Below the pieces are notes generated by a model. It did not search any database. It was not told the DNA's origin and saw only the letters and a program-made list of their open reading frames with translations. From Octopus sinensis (lineage: Eukaryota): a DNA stretch of 64,000 nt. The translations under genes were made by a program, and so were the position numbers. Position 1 is the stretch's first letter. Each line of letters begins with the position of its first letter. Below are positions 11,703 to 27,445 of this stretch, in pieces. The stretch covers positions 65,174,464 to 65,238,463 of the forward strand of contig NC_043011.1 in assembly GCF_006345805.1 (NCBI RefSeq). Reading direction: 5' to 3'.

Positions 11703-13120
11703 CAGGGTTTCCCGAATTCTAAGCAGCCGATGACTCGGGCTTTAATCATTACCAATAAATATGGTAAGATATATATCATTACAAAACTATATATCATTAC
11801 AAAACTATATATCATTACAAAAGCTTCCGGTGTCATCATTTAATTTCAGACTGCATATATACAGATTTACAAACTTGATAATGGCTGGAGATAAAAATAC
11901 AATTATAACCCTCCAAAGAGTCGGCGAATGTAATTCAGCGATTCCAAATAAAGATTAAAATCAAATTAACAACACTCCCGAAATTTGCCAAAGAATTTTC
12001 AAGAGGCTAGTTCCACCTGGGTTCAAACTGGACCTGGTCAAATATGAATTGTGCGGACCCCGCAGACTAACAAATGTACCAGGGCAAAGATACTGCGAAA
12101 TCATCATGATTCCTTCAAACATTTGGCTGCCAAGTGAAATATAAGCAGAACATCGATATATCGAGTGCTGAGGATCGGCTGAGATGCAATCCCTACAAGA
12201 TGATCCGACTGCCATAGCTCATGAAAATATATAAGGGCATACGACAGCAATGAAGTCGTCTTATCTTGCACGCTGCCTAACATTTTCAATGATGAAAAGA
12301 AATTTGACATCGAATAGGCAGTAAGATACCAGAATGACTGTCGTAAACGATATCTAGTTCTGGCAAGACTAAACTCATAAATGGCGGTCAAACTACAGAG
12401 ACATTTATGCTTTGAGCAGATGTGAGAACCAGTAGAATGGCGCCCCTCGTTTCTGTGCTCTCGACTGTTCGAATTAACGAGAGATTTCCAACACTCTAGT
12501 AGCTGAAATCCATCCATGGGCAGATGAATACTTCTAAGGTGCACCTTCCAACAAGACAGGGCACCATTCCATTTCTCCACACCGACAAAACCCTGGATTC
12601 ACAAAAACAATTCCGTCGTTCATAGCCAAGGATGTATGACCATTATGAAGATCGGAAATCAACCCGTTATATTTTTCTGTTTGGTCCATTTCTGAGACGA
12701 ATTTCACTAGCAAACCTCATGTTTTGCTCGACGCTCTGAAGGCGGATCTGCACCAAGAATTCTTTTCCGTATCAAGAACTGCGTCCTGCGTGTGAAGCAT
12801 TCGCACATAGACTTAAGCCCGTTATTCGAGACAGATGCAGTCATATCTGAATGATGTGTCATAATTGTGTTGCATTCACCACTGCATTGCAATGCAAGTA
12901 GCGGGAATATAATAATTTTTCGCTTGGGCATTCCGTCGAGGTCGTATTTGCCGTTTTTCCCTTGGGGAATCGATAAATTAATTACCACTTACATAATGGG
13001 GTAGATCTAATTAACTGGCCCCTTCCCCCAAAATTCGAGTCTCCTGCCTAGAGTCGAAAAGAATATTTTGCTATACCAAATAAAAAATAATATTGGTTGA
13101 ATTAAATTTAGAACACCCTG
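11703..13120 (+). mobile_element. Degenerate Tc1/mariner-superfamily transposon
   Basis: TA-cagggtttcccg ... gaacaccctg-TA ends. Remnant motifs TFQQDRAP, PSFIAKDV*P..SEINPLYFSVWS, KPHVLLDALKADL. Confidence 0.75.
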
Positions 13121-13696
13121 TATATATTCTAGCTGGTAGTATAACTATTGCAATAAAATATATTTTCCTGAAGCATTAGCTACAAAGACATCACCTACCT
13201 TTTCAGCGTTAGATGTTCTGTGCTTCTGAAAAATTCAAAATGTTTTCAATGCTAAAATATATGAAGCAATTTATGTGCACGCATACGCGGTATTGAGGGC
13301 CTTAATTCTATCATACAAGGAATGTTATATAATTATGATGAATATACATTTTAGTCAACAATTGATTAATAATTGAAAACTTTAGCTGTATGAACGTGTC
13401 TTATTATAGAAATCTTATTTCAGGTATCGAACAATAGAGTTGATGAAATATAGAGAAAATTCTGCCGTAACGGTTTGGTTGCATTTGGACAGAATTCGGA
13501 TACATTCAATATCGAAATAAAACGTAACTTACTTGACACATCTTCAATGTTTTATACATAATTCGACAACCGCGATGCATGTCTGGAAGATAACACTCGT
13601 CGAAGGCTTCGGCAGCACTGTTAATGGAATTTCACTTGGAATTTACTCATCGGCTGTTGCTGTATATATGCACTTTTGCTTATAAATATATATATA

Positions 13697-14225
13697 TACA
13701 AATAATAAGAGAGAGTCCACCATGTGTTCACTATAACGCTAGAAATAGATCCACAAAGGGAATCTGCCACTAAAAGATTGTTCTCAAGAATTAATTCAAC
13801 ACGCCAAAAATGTAAGCTAGCAGGACAAAGGGAAAATGACGAAAGAATAGATTAACTCCATACAATTGTTTCATCGTTAATAGATTATGTAGTTTTACTT
13901 ACATGAGTATTTTCGAATCATCAGTGAAGTATATCTTTGTTGGACTTCGTTAGATTTTGGAGTTCGGTTCAGCAAATTATATTTTCGATATACTTCACTG
14001 ATGATTCGAAAATACTGATGTAAGTAAAACTACATAATCTATTAACGATGAAAGAATTGTATGGAGTTAATCTATTCTTTCTTTATTTTTCATTTGTCCT
14101 GCTCGCTTACATTTTTGGCGTGTTGAATTAATTCTTGAGAACAATCTTTTAGTGGCAGATTCCCTTTGCGGATCTATTTCTAGCGTTAGAGTGACCACAG
14201 GGTGGGCTCCCTCTTATTATTTGTA
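13697..14225. repeat. Long inverted repeat (about 240-bp arms, about 50-nt spacer)
   Basis: 13697-13935 is the reverse complement of 13987-14225 with scattered mismatches. Copy at 57107-57635. Confidence 0.9.
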
Positions 14226-14321
14226 TTAACAATTTTTACTGTATCCCAAATTTTTTATACGCTTGGTGTTTTTAAATTGAAGTTATTAATTAATATTGAA
14301 TTTTTTTCACCGTTATAATGA

Positions 14322-14378
<57 letters not shown>

Positions 14379-15802
14379 GCTAGATAGATAGATTGACAGA
14401 TATATATATATATATATTTATATACATAGATAGACACATACATACATACATGCATTTATGCATACATAGATATAGTTATAGATATACACACATGCACACA
14501 CACACACACACACACAAAATATGGGAATGTGTAGGTGCCGTAGCGGATTACCAAGGCTCAAATCTCATAGCTGAGAAAGGAGTTATGGAAAGATTGTAGA
14601 TTACCGATATTACGGATGTTCACTTGCTAAAATCTAAGCCAAGTGAAGCATTACAAGATGTTTGTATTGGTTTAGCGTTTGTTGTGTGCCTGTGTGTGTG
14701 TTTGGGTCTGTGCGTGTATGTGTATAGAAAAGAATAACAAATATGTACAGATGTCAATTCCTTTTATCCCATTGATGCGACACATTTAATTTATTAATTA
14801 AGATATTACATGATTTGAAAGAAGTCGTTCTCGTCAGATGGTTGCACAGACTTCAAGATGCAAAAGGTAGAATCGCTGCTTTTACATATTCACATCAATA
14901 TTTGAATTCAAATTACATTGTTTATTCTCTGATTCTAAATTCCAACACCAAACTTTATATTACTTATCACTTTGGTGTGTTTTTTATTATACCCATCTCT
15001 AATATGATAATCAAAGTAAGTATTGGCAATTATCATCCATTCTTCTTCCACTTATAATCACTTCCCCTCAGGCATTCCCTTATTAGCACCACACGCCTTA
15101 CCTCTTTGCGTAGATAAATCTGGATATATGGTTCCAGTAGACTGAGTGTATAGTAGAATGCCTGAAGTGATTTATTATCATTAACTAGAATACGGTTGAC
15201 AATTCCCTATGGATTTGATTCTAAACGGTTGAAGAGTATACTCTGCATAATGTCTTCGAAGTGTAAGTAACTAGGTTATTTCAATTTTTATCCGAAACCT
15301 CCACTATTTCCTCTGCTACTCTCTAAGATATTGTAAACTTGACAAAGTGTACATTACTTCCTAAATTCTGCCAGAGACATGACAACAACAAAAGAGAAAC
15401 AATGTAAATGTCTTGAGTTGCATTATTGACGTGAATATGTTAAAACAGTAGTATCATATTTTTTGTTTGAAGTCTGTGCGGTCATTTGACGATATCAGTT
15501 CTTTCAAATGATGTAAGGTTTTCCTTAATCATGTGTAGGAGTCTCTTGGAACGGACCTAATGAATTGACACTTGTACATCGCCGTTACTCATTTATATTT
15601 TATTCACCTACCTTAGAAATAGCCATTCGGATATACAATAGGAATTACCTTTATGCAAAGTGTATGTATGAACTACCAAGAGCAGATGCCTTTACTCAGA
15701 GAGACTTGCTATTCAATATTCAATTAATATTATTTTGGAATTAGGATTATACCAACTTAACAAGACGTCTCAATTATATACTTAATTCAACGGAAGCTTA
15801 AT

Positions 15803-15877
<75 letters not shown>

Positions 15878-16399
15878 CCCTAAACGCTGAAGAGGACTAT
15901 TCATCACCACTTTTGATACAATTCAGAGTCAAAAAACCCATAGTCACAATAAGCGACATCTTATTGACTGCAAAAGGAGGCAAGTTCCCTAAGCAGACGG
16001 CATAGCCAGATTATTAATGGTTTTGAAGTTACATTTTAGCTCGCCAGTGCCTCTACCTGATGCCTTGGGTTAAATTAAACACAACTTTTCTTCTTCAGAG
16101 GCCAACGTAGAAGTCATAAGCTGGTTTTATCATTAATGAAAGAGTACATAATTTATATTATCTACATTCGACGGATATTTGCCCTAATCTTGTTTGTTGT
16201 TATACACTCCAGCCTTCATCGGGTGACCTGGAGATATTTCGAACCTGCTAGATTTAACAATGGCCGGTTACAGGTACCCGCTGATCCTTGTAGGACGCCC
16301 CCCACACGTGTCATCTGTGTCTGGAATTGGGCCACATAAAGAAAAACTGTCACCGGGACCAAGCAAATGTCCTGGATCAGTTAATAGACGAAGTCTCCT

Positions 16400-16725
16400 G
16401 CTCCCCCATTGGAGAGATACGAGAAATTCGAGGGGGTGGCTTAACAAACCCGTATTTTCTGTGATCTCCCCCGATTCTCTAACGAACTTGTTTCTTCATA
16501 AATATTGAGTATTCTTGAAACAACGCAGGGATCTCTTAATTTCAGTAGTGATAGCAGAATGTGCCAACCCATGATTTTTAATTTGACCGCTCATCCCCTG
16601 AATCTTTTATCATCGTTATGCTGGCCTTCCAGTATTCTCACTTCACTGGTCTACCCTGTTCTCCCAACAAAGTATACAACGTTCAGACTGTGGCGAGACA
16701 CTACATTTTGAAATTTACACCGCAG
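16400..16725 (-). mobile_element. Penelope-like GIY-YIG endonuclease remnant
   Basis: Minus-frame LNVVYFVGRTG*TSEVRILE resembles NVIY..YVGQTGR.L..RI.EH. Copy near 60180-60450. Confidence 0.4.
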
Positions 16726-17581
16726 GTTCTATAATTGCGTACATGTATTTTTGAAATACACATCTTTCTATTATAAATTATTTAGTAATTAATTACTACA
16801 AACTTTATAGTAAACAACGAACATGCCTGCAAGAATTTACGTGAAAATTACCAGAAATTTGAAGAAATTATGTACAAATGCAAATGTCTTTGGATTTTAT
16901 TTCCGTTCTCCTATTTTCTCCATAACCGTATCGATGCACATATATTTTGGTTCCATGTCGAATCTCAAATTACAACTGAATGCAATTTCAATAAAGACGG
17001 TGACACAGCAGTAACATTGCGGGTAACAATCTTATATTTAAAACATTTAATTTAGTATATTAATCCAAGAATTTATAAATTTCATACCTACCGGCAGTCC
17101 GGGTTTGAGTGCATATGAGCTAGATAAATCTCGGGACAACCAAATTCTATTAATTTTTCACAATAGCCTTTCAAGAGGGAAGTTGTTACAGCTAGGATTT
17201 GAAAAATACGTTTTTCAATCATACAGTTACGTAGATCTTTATTGTAAATTAGCGATTTAAATTGAATCAGTTTCAGACATTCTGTTCAATATACATTTAT
17301 ATACGTGTGTGGGTGTTTGTGGGTGTTTGTGGGTGCATGTGAGGATCACTGTGTGTGCGTATGTAAATGTTTGTGTGTGTGTGCATGTGTGAGTATGTGT
17401 TTGTATACATACATATATATATGTATATATATATATATAGAAAGGGAGTTACTATACATAAATGCCATACGCTACGTGGGACACTAAAAGTCAAGAATCC
17501 CTCATAGCGTGCGGTATTTATGTATAGAAATGCCCAATTCTTTTCTCTTATAAGAATTCTTATAAAGGCTTTATCATATTT

Positions 17582-17664
<83 letters not shown>

Positions 17665-17668
17665 TATA

Positions 17669-17888
17669 TTAAAATAAATAATAGGATATCTTGTAGTACG
17701 GCAGTACGACCGTTTGGAATAACTCCGTGTAATTGAACAATGTAATCGTAATCGTTGCATCAATGTAAATGCATTGCTATCTTGAGTTACACAAAATATT
17801 GAATTTTTTAACAAGCTGGACACATTAAATGGAGCTACTTGAAACGGCCGTACTGCATTACTACTTGATATCCTGTTGTTATTTTGAA
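17669..17888. mobile_element. MITE-like element with imperfect terminal inverted repeats of about 55 bp
   Basis: ggatatcttgtagtacggcagtacgaccgttt pairs with aaacggccgtactgcattactacttgatatcc. Copy at about 61419-61635. Confidence 0.55.
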
Positions 17889-18619
17889 TTTTTTCACCTC
17901 CATTCTAGCTGTGCGGATAATACCGGACTGACTCGGTGCTTCAACTACCCATGTGCTTCTGAAAACCTAACATATATATTAACTTGCTCATAATTACGAA
18001 AACACTATATCGGTCGAACTGAAAACGTTTGGCGCCAGTGGATTGCGGCACATAGACCCCAAATTAAAATACGAGATTACGGTTAATAGAGTTAACCGGG
18101 CACATCGATCTTTGCTCCATTAACAAGCCAAATTCAGCCTCTATAAATCGAGGTCAAAGCAAACTATAATCAGCACATAGTAAAGAAGAATATTTTATCC
18201 GAAAATATAATCCGCTTCTCATTTCTTCCAACATAGATGAAACTAATACAAGAATTTAGAACAATTTCAACCTCTATTGCCATGACAACATCAGGTCACA
18301 TTTAGATCATGTGACCTTTAATGAAAATTCAATGAAAATATTTCACACCACTCGCTTTTTTTTCTTTTCTTTATCCTTTATTCCCTTTTTCCTACTCGCC
18401 ATCATTGTTTCATCTTCTTTTCCTTATCATACTTATTCTCCTTCTTTTTCTTCTCCTTTTTCTTCCTTTTACTTGTTCTTCATGTTGTTCTTCTTGTCGT
18501 CTTCTTTCCCTCGTCCACTTTCTTCTACTTCTTCTTCATCTTCCTCTCCATTCTCTCCTCCCTCGGCTGCTCCTGCTTAAACCATCAATTCCCTATACTC
18601 ATAAAATTATTCCTACAGA

Positions 18620-19200
18620 TTTACAAACACCTGCCTACCAAGCATTCACAGCGAAAGAGAGAAAGAAAGCGAGATACAGAGAATGCATTTGGAGACTATG
18701 GGAATAGCTACATATTTGAAGACTATGCAAATATTTACGAAACATTTCACCAGACAAGGATAACAACTTCATCTCATAATTTCCTCTGGATGTACCTGGG
18801 AAGAAAAATGACTCGGTGTTGACTACATCACAAGCTGCTGAGACATTTACACCTATGTATTTATAAGCGATCCCGCTATTCGCTACCTATACATGCAGTG
18901 GCCACCGCGGCTTTTCTTACAGCCGAAGCCTTTTAGCAAGTTTCATCGATGCAATAACACACGCCTACAGTTGACGCCCTACGATTCGACCTTATATAAA
19001 TGCACAAACATCGTTTGCCCTAAATATATATAGTGTCATTTCCAAAATACTTGTTTCAAAATGACAGAATCTTTTAGAGGAGACACTGATTTTATGTTGC
19101 TAGTAGCTATTGTTTTTCTCCAATACTTCCCACTGTATGTAATATCCAATTTCCAAAGCAAAATTTCAGGAGTCGCAGGAAGATATTATTTTTAATTCCG
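18620..19200 (+). mobile_element. Possible Penelope-like RT remnant (absent from block C)
   Basis: Weak motif similarity only (DIYTYVFISDPAIRYL versus I.T.VYRKPT..RYL). About 18605-19410 is missing from C at about 62370. Confidence 0.25.
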
Positions 19201-19249
19201 GAGAAAGACGCTGAAATGACATTGCGCGGTGAGTGCAGGTTGTGATTGT

Positions 19250-19285
<36 letters not shown>

Positions 19286-19595
19286 CAAAATAAACAACAA
19301 GAATAACTTAGTTAATTTTGTAGGATCGTTTCGCGCTTCAGCATTTTATTAAATATTGTAAGTATTACAACAGTTTTAAAATGTTAAGCAATCATAAGTC
19401 ATTTATAAAGGTTTTCCATTAATACACAATTTTCGTACCAACTTACCGAAGTTATTCTTGTTGCTTTTTTTTATTATAATCACCCCATGGATTTATATGG
19501 ATAACACCATACAAAATGCTGGTGCATCTAACATAAGTACCTTATTCATTTGAATCTAAATTTTGCTGAACTATATATTTATATATATATATATT

Positions 19596-19628
<33 letters not shown>

Positions 19629-19722
19629 TTCTGTGTCTGTGCATGTGTGTATATGTATGTGCATATACACACATGCAGGTATATATTTAGATACATACAT
19701 ATATACACAGATATATATAGGT

Positions 19723-19764
<42 letters not shown>

Positions 19765-19794
19765 TTATACATATATTTATACACACATTCATAA

Positions 19795-19886
<92 letters not shown>

Positions 19887-20627
19887 GGATAATTGATATG
19901 TCTCTAGATTTGTATTTTTGCGGATGTATATTGAAAGTTATTTTCATACCAACAAGTAAGGGAATAACTGTGATACTTACCAATTAAGAGAACGAAAATA
20001 AACGCAGAAATTTTCATTGTTTTTCTGTCTCTTCACAACCGGTTATTTTTGATAACGCTGTCATCATGTCTGTTTATTTTATATGAAATATAATGCAACA
20101 TATGTCGTGCTCCGGATATTTATTACTGTTTTCCTGAAGCTGAATTATTGTTTCTGCACGTCAGCAGTTTAGAATGTATAAAGATAAATAGAAACGCCTT
20201 TATTGAGATTCTTTTCTAAAATATGTGTCATTAAATAATATGTTAATGCCCAACTTTAAATAAATCCCCCCCAGTGCAATCGCAGACACGGAGACACACT
20301 CACACCGTATATTCTTTCTCCATTCCATTCTATTAGATGATCTTTTTTCAATTTTGTGAATTTGCACCAATTATGTAAATGGTACTGTTTCTTGTGTACA
20401 TACATATATGTATTACAATCTGAAATTGTTTTGCAGTTGTATCATAATAAGCTTGCCTTTAGTAATGTTTATATTGAGATAGTAATATCCACGAAATTGA
20501 CAAATAAACAACAATCTCAGCATTCAACATATGAACACTATGTCAATGCAACCACTGCTACTCTACTTTTAGCATAATTTCAGGTCAAGCTATGCAGATT
20601 ATATTAAACTTATGTTCAAAATATTTA

Positions 20628-21839
20628 CAGGGTCTCCCGCAATCGATACTACCTATGTTTCTGGCTTTAATAACTGTGAATAAATAAAATAGGTTATAAA
20701 AACTATTTACCATGTGTGTTGCTTTTGCGTCCAACTGGATATAGACAGATTTACAAGTTAGAGGCTTATCTATAAACAAAAATACAATAATAAGCACCAT
20801 AAAGTAGGCTAAAGTAACACAGCTATGGCAAAGAAGCTTAACATTAATGTAGCAACACTTGGAAAATTGTCAAGGAATTTCAAGGGAATGGCTCCAGGTT
20901 GCATCGACCCGAAGATAGGCAAAAGCAATTGTGGCCAAAACTTAGTTTATCAAAAGTACCAGTACAAAGGTGCTGCGCGATCTTCGTGATTTCATATACA
21001 AACTAACTGCCAAGACACAAATGACATATAAGACCCAGTCCTATAATATAAACTGTCATCATAGCACGTTCAGTTTTATAAAGGCATTAAACTGCAGAGG
21101 AGCCGTCTAATCATGCAACAGATAGCTCAAAGCACGCTGCCCAAACTGGTGTCGACTGACGACAATGATTGGATATAGAACAGATAGTAAACAACCCGAA
21201 TGAAAGACCTTTGTGTACATCCGCTCCGGTGGGGTTACTTCATTAATTGACGTCAAAATCCATTGTGAGTTGTGTTTCGGGCTGCCTGCTGTGAGGGCCA
21301 CAGAATGTTCTCCCTTTCATTTCTGTGTTCCCGAGCTTTGCAATAAACACCCAATGAAATATCTGCGATATTCCGGAAGCAGAAAAAATCTTCTATGGGT
21401 GCGTGAATAATTTCAAGATGCATCTTGGGTCCTCCAACACGACTCAGCACCACTCCACAGCACTATACGAACAAGACACTAGATTTAGAAAAAACTTCCC
21501 GACGTTCTTGTTAAGAAGCCCCAATCTGAACCCATTGGATTATTTGGGGGGGGGGGGCATTTTCGAAGTTGGGGTCCCGAGCACTCCTCAGCTCCTCAGC
21601 TTCGTCCGACGCTCTGAATCTTCCCATACAACAACTACTTACAGTATGTGAGGTATTCGCACCCTGACTTAACGCTGTGGTTAGAAACTAAATGTTGGAG
21701 AGATTAGAAAATAAATATGGTAGTGTCATAATTGTGTTTCATTGGCGTATGCATTGCAAGGCACGGACACGAAATATAACAACATTTCGTTAAACAAAAA
21801 ATCAAATTAATTGTTCGAATTAAATTTTAGAACACCCGG
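20628..21839 (+). mobile_element. Degenerate Tc1/mariner-superfamily transposon, ancient paralog of 11703-13120
   Basis: TA-cagggtctcccg start, ttagaacacccgg end, RSPNLNPLDY motif. Flanks on both sides align with those of 11703-13120. Confidence 0.7.
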
Positions 21840-22444
21840 CATATATGTTCTGTGGAAAAATGTTGGAGCGAGTATCGTGAGTAATGCAGTAACATATATA
21901 TATATATATATACTTGAAGCATTAGGTACAACAAAACCACCTACCTCAAATACGTCAGCAGAGGGTTCCTGAAAAATAAAAACATTTTCAAATGTGAATG
22001 TAACACATTTATAGGCTTTGTATGTACACATATACATGGTAATGAGCGGGCCATTAATTCTGTCATGCAAGGTATGTTATGAAGATATAATTAATATATT
22101 TTAGTGAGTTAATTATTCCAGTGAAAGCATTAGCTGTAATCATATCGAAGCTATCTCATCTCAGGTTTCGATCAATGGAGTTATAAAATATATATAATTT
22201 CTGGTATAAGGTTTAAGTTACATTTGTTCAAATAAAAGGCACTCGACACAGAGAAATGGAAGGTAACTTCCGAAACATCTCTTAAACTGGGCGTACAATT
22301 TGTGACACTCACTATGCATAAGTTTAGGAAAACAAGCGGTGAAACTTCTGGCAAAACTGCAGATTGAAGTTAACACGGAAGTTACTAATCTGCTATTGAA
22401 GCAAACACACACACACACACACATACAAACATACACACACACAC

Positions 22445-22485
<41 letters not shown>

Positions 22486-22549
22486 CTGATATATATATGC
22501 ATAAATATAAATATATATATTTATATATATATATATACAAATAAATATT

Positions 22550-22608
<59 letters not shown>

Positions 22609-22894
22609 ACATGGAAATGATGCAGGATTATACCTAACGACTCATTCTCTGGTTTCTATAATTTCGGAACATTGTATCCTCTTCCTTTCCATCTCTTTAT
22701 TCTTTTGCTCCCTTCCTCTATGCTGCCATCTTTTTAATATATACGATTCTCATTTTCCATATTTGTCTGTGATGACGGAACATACCATACTCTAGTATGT
22801 CCGAAAAACTGATGTAAGCTTTTGAATTTCTTCCTATAATAATATTCTATATGGCTTGAGTTGTTTGCCTTGCCTTAATTTTTGCTGCATATAC

Positions 22895-22952
22895 AGATTG
22901 ATAGATAGATAAACAAACCGACAGTCAGATACACAGACAGATAGATAGATAT

Positions 22953-22985
<33 letters not shown>

Positions 22986-23002
22986 GATAGATATATAGAT
23001 AT

Positions 23003-23044
<42 letters not shown>

Positions 23045-23045
23045 G

Positions 23046-23097
<52 letters not shown>

Positions 23098-23541
23098 TGT
23101 TTCTTTATTAGCCACACAGGGCTGCACACAGATAGAACAAATTACAAGGTAGAGCTTTTCTTTTGGGTGTAAAAAAAGGGAGTGGTGGTTTTCGATCAAA
23201 AGGGATCTTAAAAGGAAAGAAAGAGGACAAAAAAAAGGGAGGAGTTAATAAAAAAATAGGTGGGGGGAGAGCAAAATAATTGATCAATAGGGATCGTTAT
23301 CACAGAAATGTCAATATGAAGTGTAAAGGGGGAGAACAGTTGAGGTTTACCCATGGAAAGAAAAGCCTACGGAAAAGACCACAGTAACATCGGTCAATGA
23401 AGACACATGTTATATTTCTTTTTTTGTTTGCAAATAAGCAACTCTCTGTATTAATTTTTACGTTTCATAGAATCATAGTCAAGGTGGCTTCGTCATTCAT
23501 ATGTGCCATCCTTGCTACATTCACCCATCTTTTTTTAAAAC

Positions 23542-23582
<41 letters not shown>

Positions 23583-23614
23583 TATAGATAGATAGATGGA
23601 TAGATAGATGGATG

Positions 23615-23698
<84 letters not shown>

Positions 23699-24344
23699 TG
23701 GATGTCTCTAAATGGACTGTGATTATTGAGGTTAACGTCATTGCTGGAAATGTGAATCAAAACACTTGACCACATTAAGCACTACCTTATTGACAGAAAA
23801 GGGAGCCAAATTCCCTAAGCACGGGGAATAACTAGAACACAAGTGATGTCACGTGTACATTAATGCTAGAGGACCTCACCGGGAACATGGGTTTAATTCA
23901 AGTCTCCTTGTCAGCTTATGAGATAACCAAAAAAATCTTATGTTGATTTCCTTAAAAGTCAATGTGAAAGTAATAAGAGATGCGTGTTATGAATTTTTTT
24001 AAATATTTCAATAGATTTCAGGCAGTCTCTCTCTCTCTCTCTCTCTGTCTTTCTCTGATCCTTTGTGAATGTCTGGTAGATAGGTGGGTAGGTAGGTAGG
24101 CAGGTACGTAGGTAGGTACGTAGGTAGGTATGTAGGTAGGAAGGTTGGTAGGTAGGTAGGTAGGTAGGTAGGTAGGTAGGTAGGTAGATTTATTGGCAGT
24201 AAGTTTGAAGAAAACTTGAGGTTAAGATATTTGATCGTTTAAGCATGAACAGCCTCCTTTAACGGGATTGGAACGTTGCTCCAAATTATCTGGGATGACA
24301 ACTAGCCACTGTACAATTGCGCTCAAACTTTAAGTGTCGGCTGT

Positions 24345-24409
<65 letters not shown>

Positions 24410-24410
24410 G
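22895..24410. repeat. Cluster of (GATA)n, (CT)n and (GGTA)n microsatellites
   Basis: Arrays at about 22895-23100, 23540-23700, 24025-24050, 24080-24190 and 24345-24410. Confidence 0.9.
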
Positions 24411-24685
24411 CAGGCATACATATATTTATGTGTATGAGAATTTGTGTCTGTTTGTTCTCGAACCATCACTTGACAACCGTTGTTGCTTAGTTTATGCCGT
24501 CGTAACTTAATGGTCGGCAAAAGAAACGGGTATACAATGTACTATGCTTATAAAGAGTATGTCCTATGATCGATTTTGAGACTAAATTTACGCTATGTGT
24601 GTGTTATATGTGAGTGTGTGTATCTGTGTGTGTGTACAAATTAGGAAAGAAATGCAGATAGTGTTTGTCTTTTCTCTCAATTTTC

Positions 24686-25534
<849 letters not shown>

Positions 25535-25818
25535 CGTGTCTTTGAGCTACGTTTCAAAATGTTTGTGTTTAAATGCTTTCAGTAAATATCGGAATTTGCT
25601 TGATATATCGGTTAACAATATGTAGCGCTGAACAGCTTGCTAATTAGAGCTATAATTTAGATGATGTTAGCTGACACCATAAAAATTAGGCATCTTATTT
25701 TTACGAATGCACCTATTAAGAATTTTTTTACATATGAGAGACATATGTTACATTGTATTAAAAATAAGCAATCTAGAATTGTTCTTTATGAAGAGACCAC
25801 TGTTGTTAAGAGACAAAC

Positions 25819-25858
25819 ATGATGAAGATCGTTTGGTGCCTTTTAGTTTTTGTATCTG
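25819..25858 (+). CDS. Exon 1 (signal peptide) of secreted Cys-peptide gene, copy B
   Basis: aaacATG ATG AAG ATC GTT TGG TGC CTT TTA GTT TTT GTA TCT G|gtaagt = MMKIVWCLLVFVS. Same length, phase and donor as 46346-46385; phase matches the exon at 31417. Confidence 0.7.
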
Positions 25859-26002
25859 GTAAGTATCTGAAATTTTCCTTTCTAATAAAATAGGCAATGA
25901 TGTTTAAATAGTGCAACAATCAGTCTAAATGCTAGCGATGTGGTTTTAGTTACAATCTTTTCATTGTATAACTAAATAATCGTCTAACTATAAAGAGATA
26001 AT

Positions 26003-26040
<38 letters not shown>

Positions 26041-26112
26041 TTTTCTATTTATGAATCTATGTCTGCTTCACTTTCTTTTCCAATCACACACGTAAACAAA
26101 TTATATATGTGT

Positions 26113-26252
<140 letters not shown>

Positions 26253-26559
26253 GTATATGTATATGTATATCAACAATGATATGCAGCATAGACTTTTGTC
26301 AGTGAACACGTCACCGTCTCAAAGCATCGAAAATGATATTTAAATGTTGAAATGAATCTAATTAAGCTTTAGTAGATTAAAGCGGGGGGAAAACAATAAA
26401 AAACAAGGACTATAAGGATTGAAATGGAGAGAAATTACCAGTGCAAAATATTGGAGAGTTTTTCATCTAAGAGAAAATTAAGAAAAATCGATAAAATTGG
26501 AGACAAAACATTGAGTGAAATGCTTTGAAGTTATTTTCATAATCTTTGAATGCATAAAT

Positions 26560-27445
26560 CTTGGGGTGTCCAGAAAGTTCGTGCTGATTTGTAGTAGCTT
26601 ACATTTCGACTTAATTTAGAACAAAGCTGAGTCCATGAAATAGGATTTGACTACACGTCCAGTTAGAACGCAGTTTAAGGTATCTTTTCTTGGAAGAATG
26701 TCTATATTCCTATAACCTGTGGTAATTCTGTAGGCCTTTAAAATGGAAGTTAAGAAAGTTCATTTTCTGCACTTAACGCTTTTCTTTTTCCGAAAAAAAT
26801 ATTATGTCAGGCGATGAGAAATGGATTATCTACCGAAATGTTTAGAGAAAGCGATCCTGGATTAAGCGACATAAGCCACCCTCAGCCACCCCAAAAGCGG
26901 ATCTTTACCCTAAAAAAGTATTGCTTTGTGTCTGGTGGGATTCGGAAGGAATTCTTTAGTATGAGATTCTCCTAAATAACCAGACAATTCTGAGAAATTC
27001 TGCACACGACTTGATGAGTAAAAAGTATCAATTGAAGAGAAACATCCAGAATAGTCAACAAGAAGGGTGTTGTATTCCAACATGATAATGCAAGTCCGCG
27101 CGTTTGTTTGGGAACCACACACTCGGCTGTGATGCATTACCCCACCCTCCATATTCACCAGATATTGCTCCTTCGGATTTCCACTTATTCAGGACTCTAC
27201 AGAATACTCTTAATGGTAAAAAGTCCAATTTCTGGTATGACGTAAAAAGATACCATGATGAATTCTTTACCATGAAACCATCTCAATTCTGGGAAGAAGG
27301 TATTTGCAAGTTAAAGTAAAGATGGAGACACATTGTCCAACAAAATTTGGTTCATATTTTGTTGATTAAAAATTTAATGCCATGTATTTATTGATCTTTT
27401 TCTTTCCTTTGAAAATTTGCACGAACTTTCCGGTCAATCTAATAT
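26560..27445 (+). mobile_element. Internally deleted mariner fossil (intron 1 of gene B)
   Basis: TIR-like gtccagaaagttcgtgctgattt / aaatttgcacgaactttccgg. Motif HPPYSPDIAPSDFHLFRTLQNTLNGKK. Confidence 0.8.

Noticed and set aside
11421-11843. 140-aa ORF whose SKYLQG segment is echoed at 20585-20800 and 63280-63630, suggesting a conserved exon
   Set aside because: The apparent acceptor tttacag|ggt is the TA-CAGGGT left end of the transposon. Similarity appears in both strand frames and reflects an old duplication; the ORF start lies in a SINE.
15473-15512. 40-nt gaag|...|gtaagg candidate reading LCGHLTISVLSND in phase 2
   Set aside because: No paralog in block B and no compatible next exon; such signals are expected by chance.
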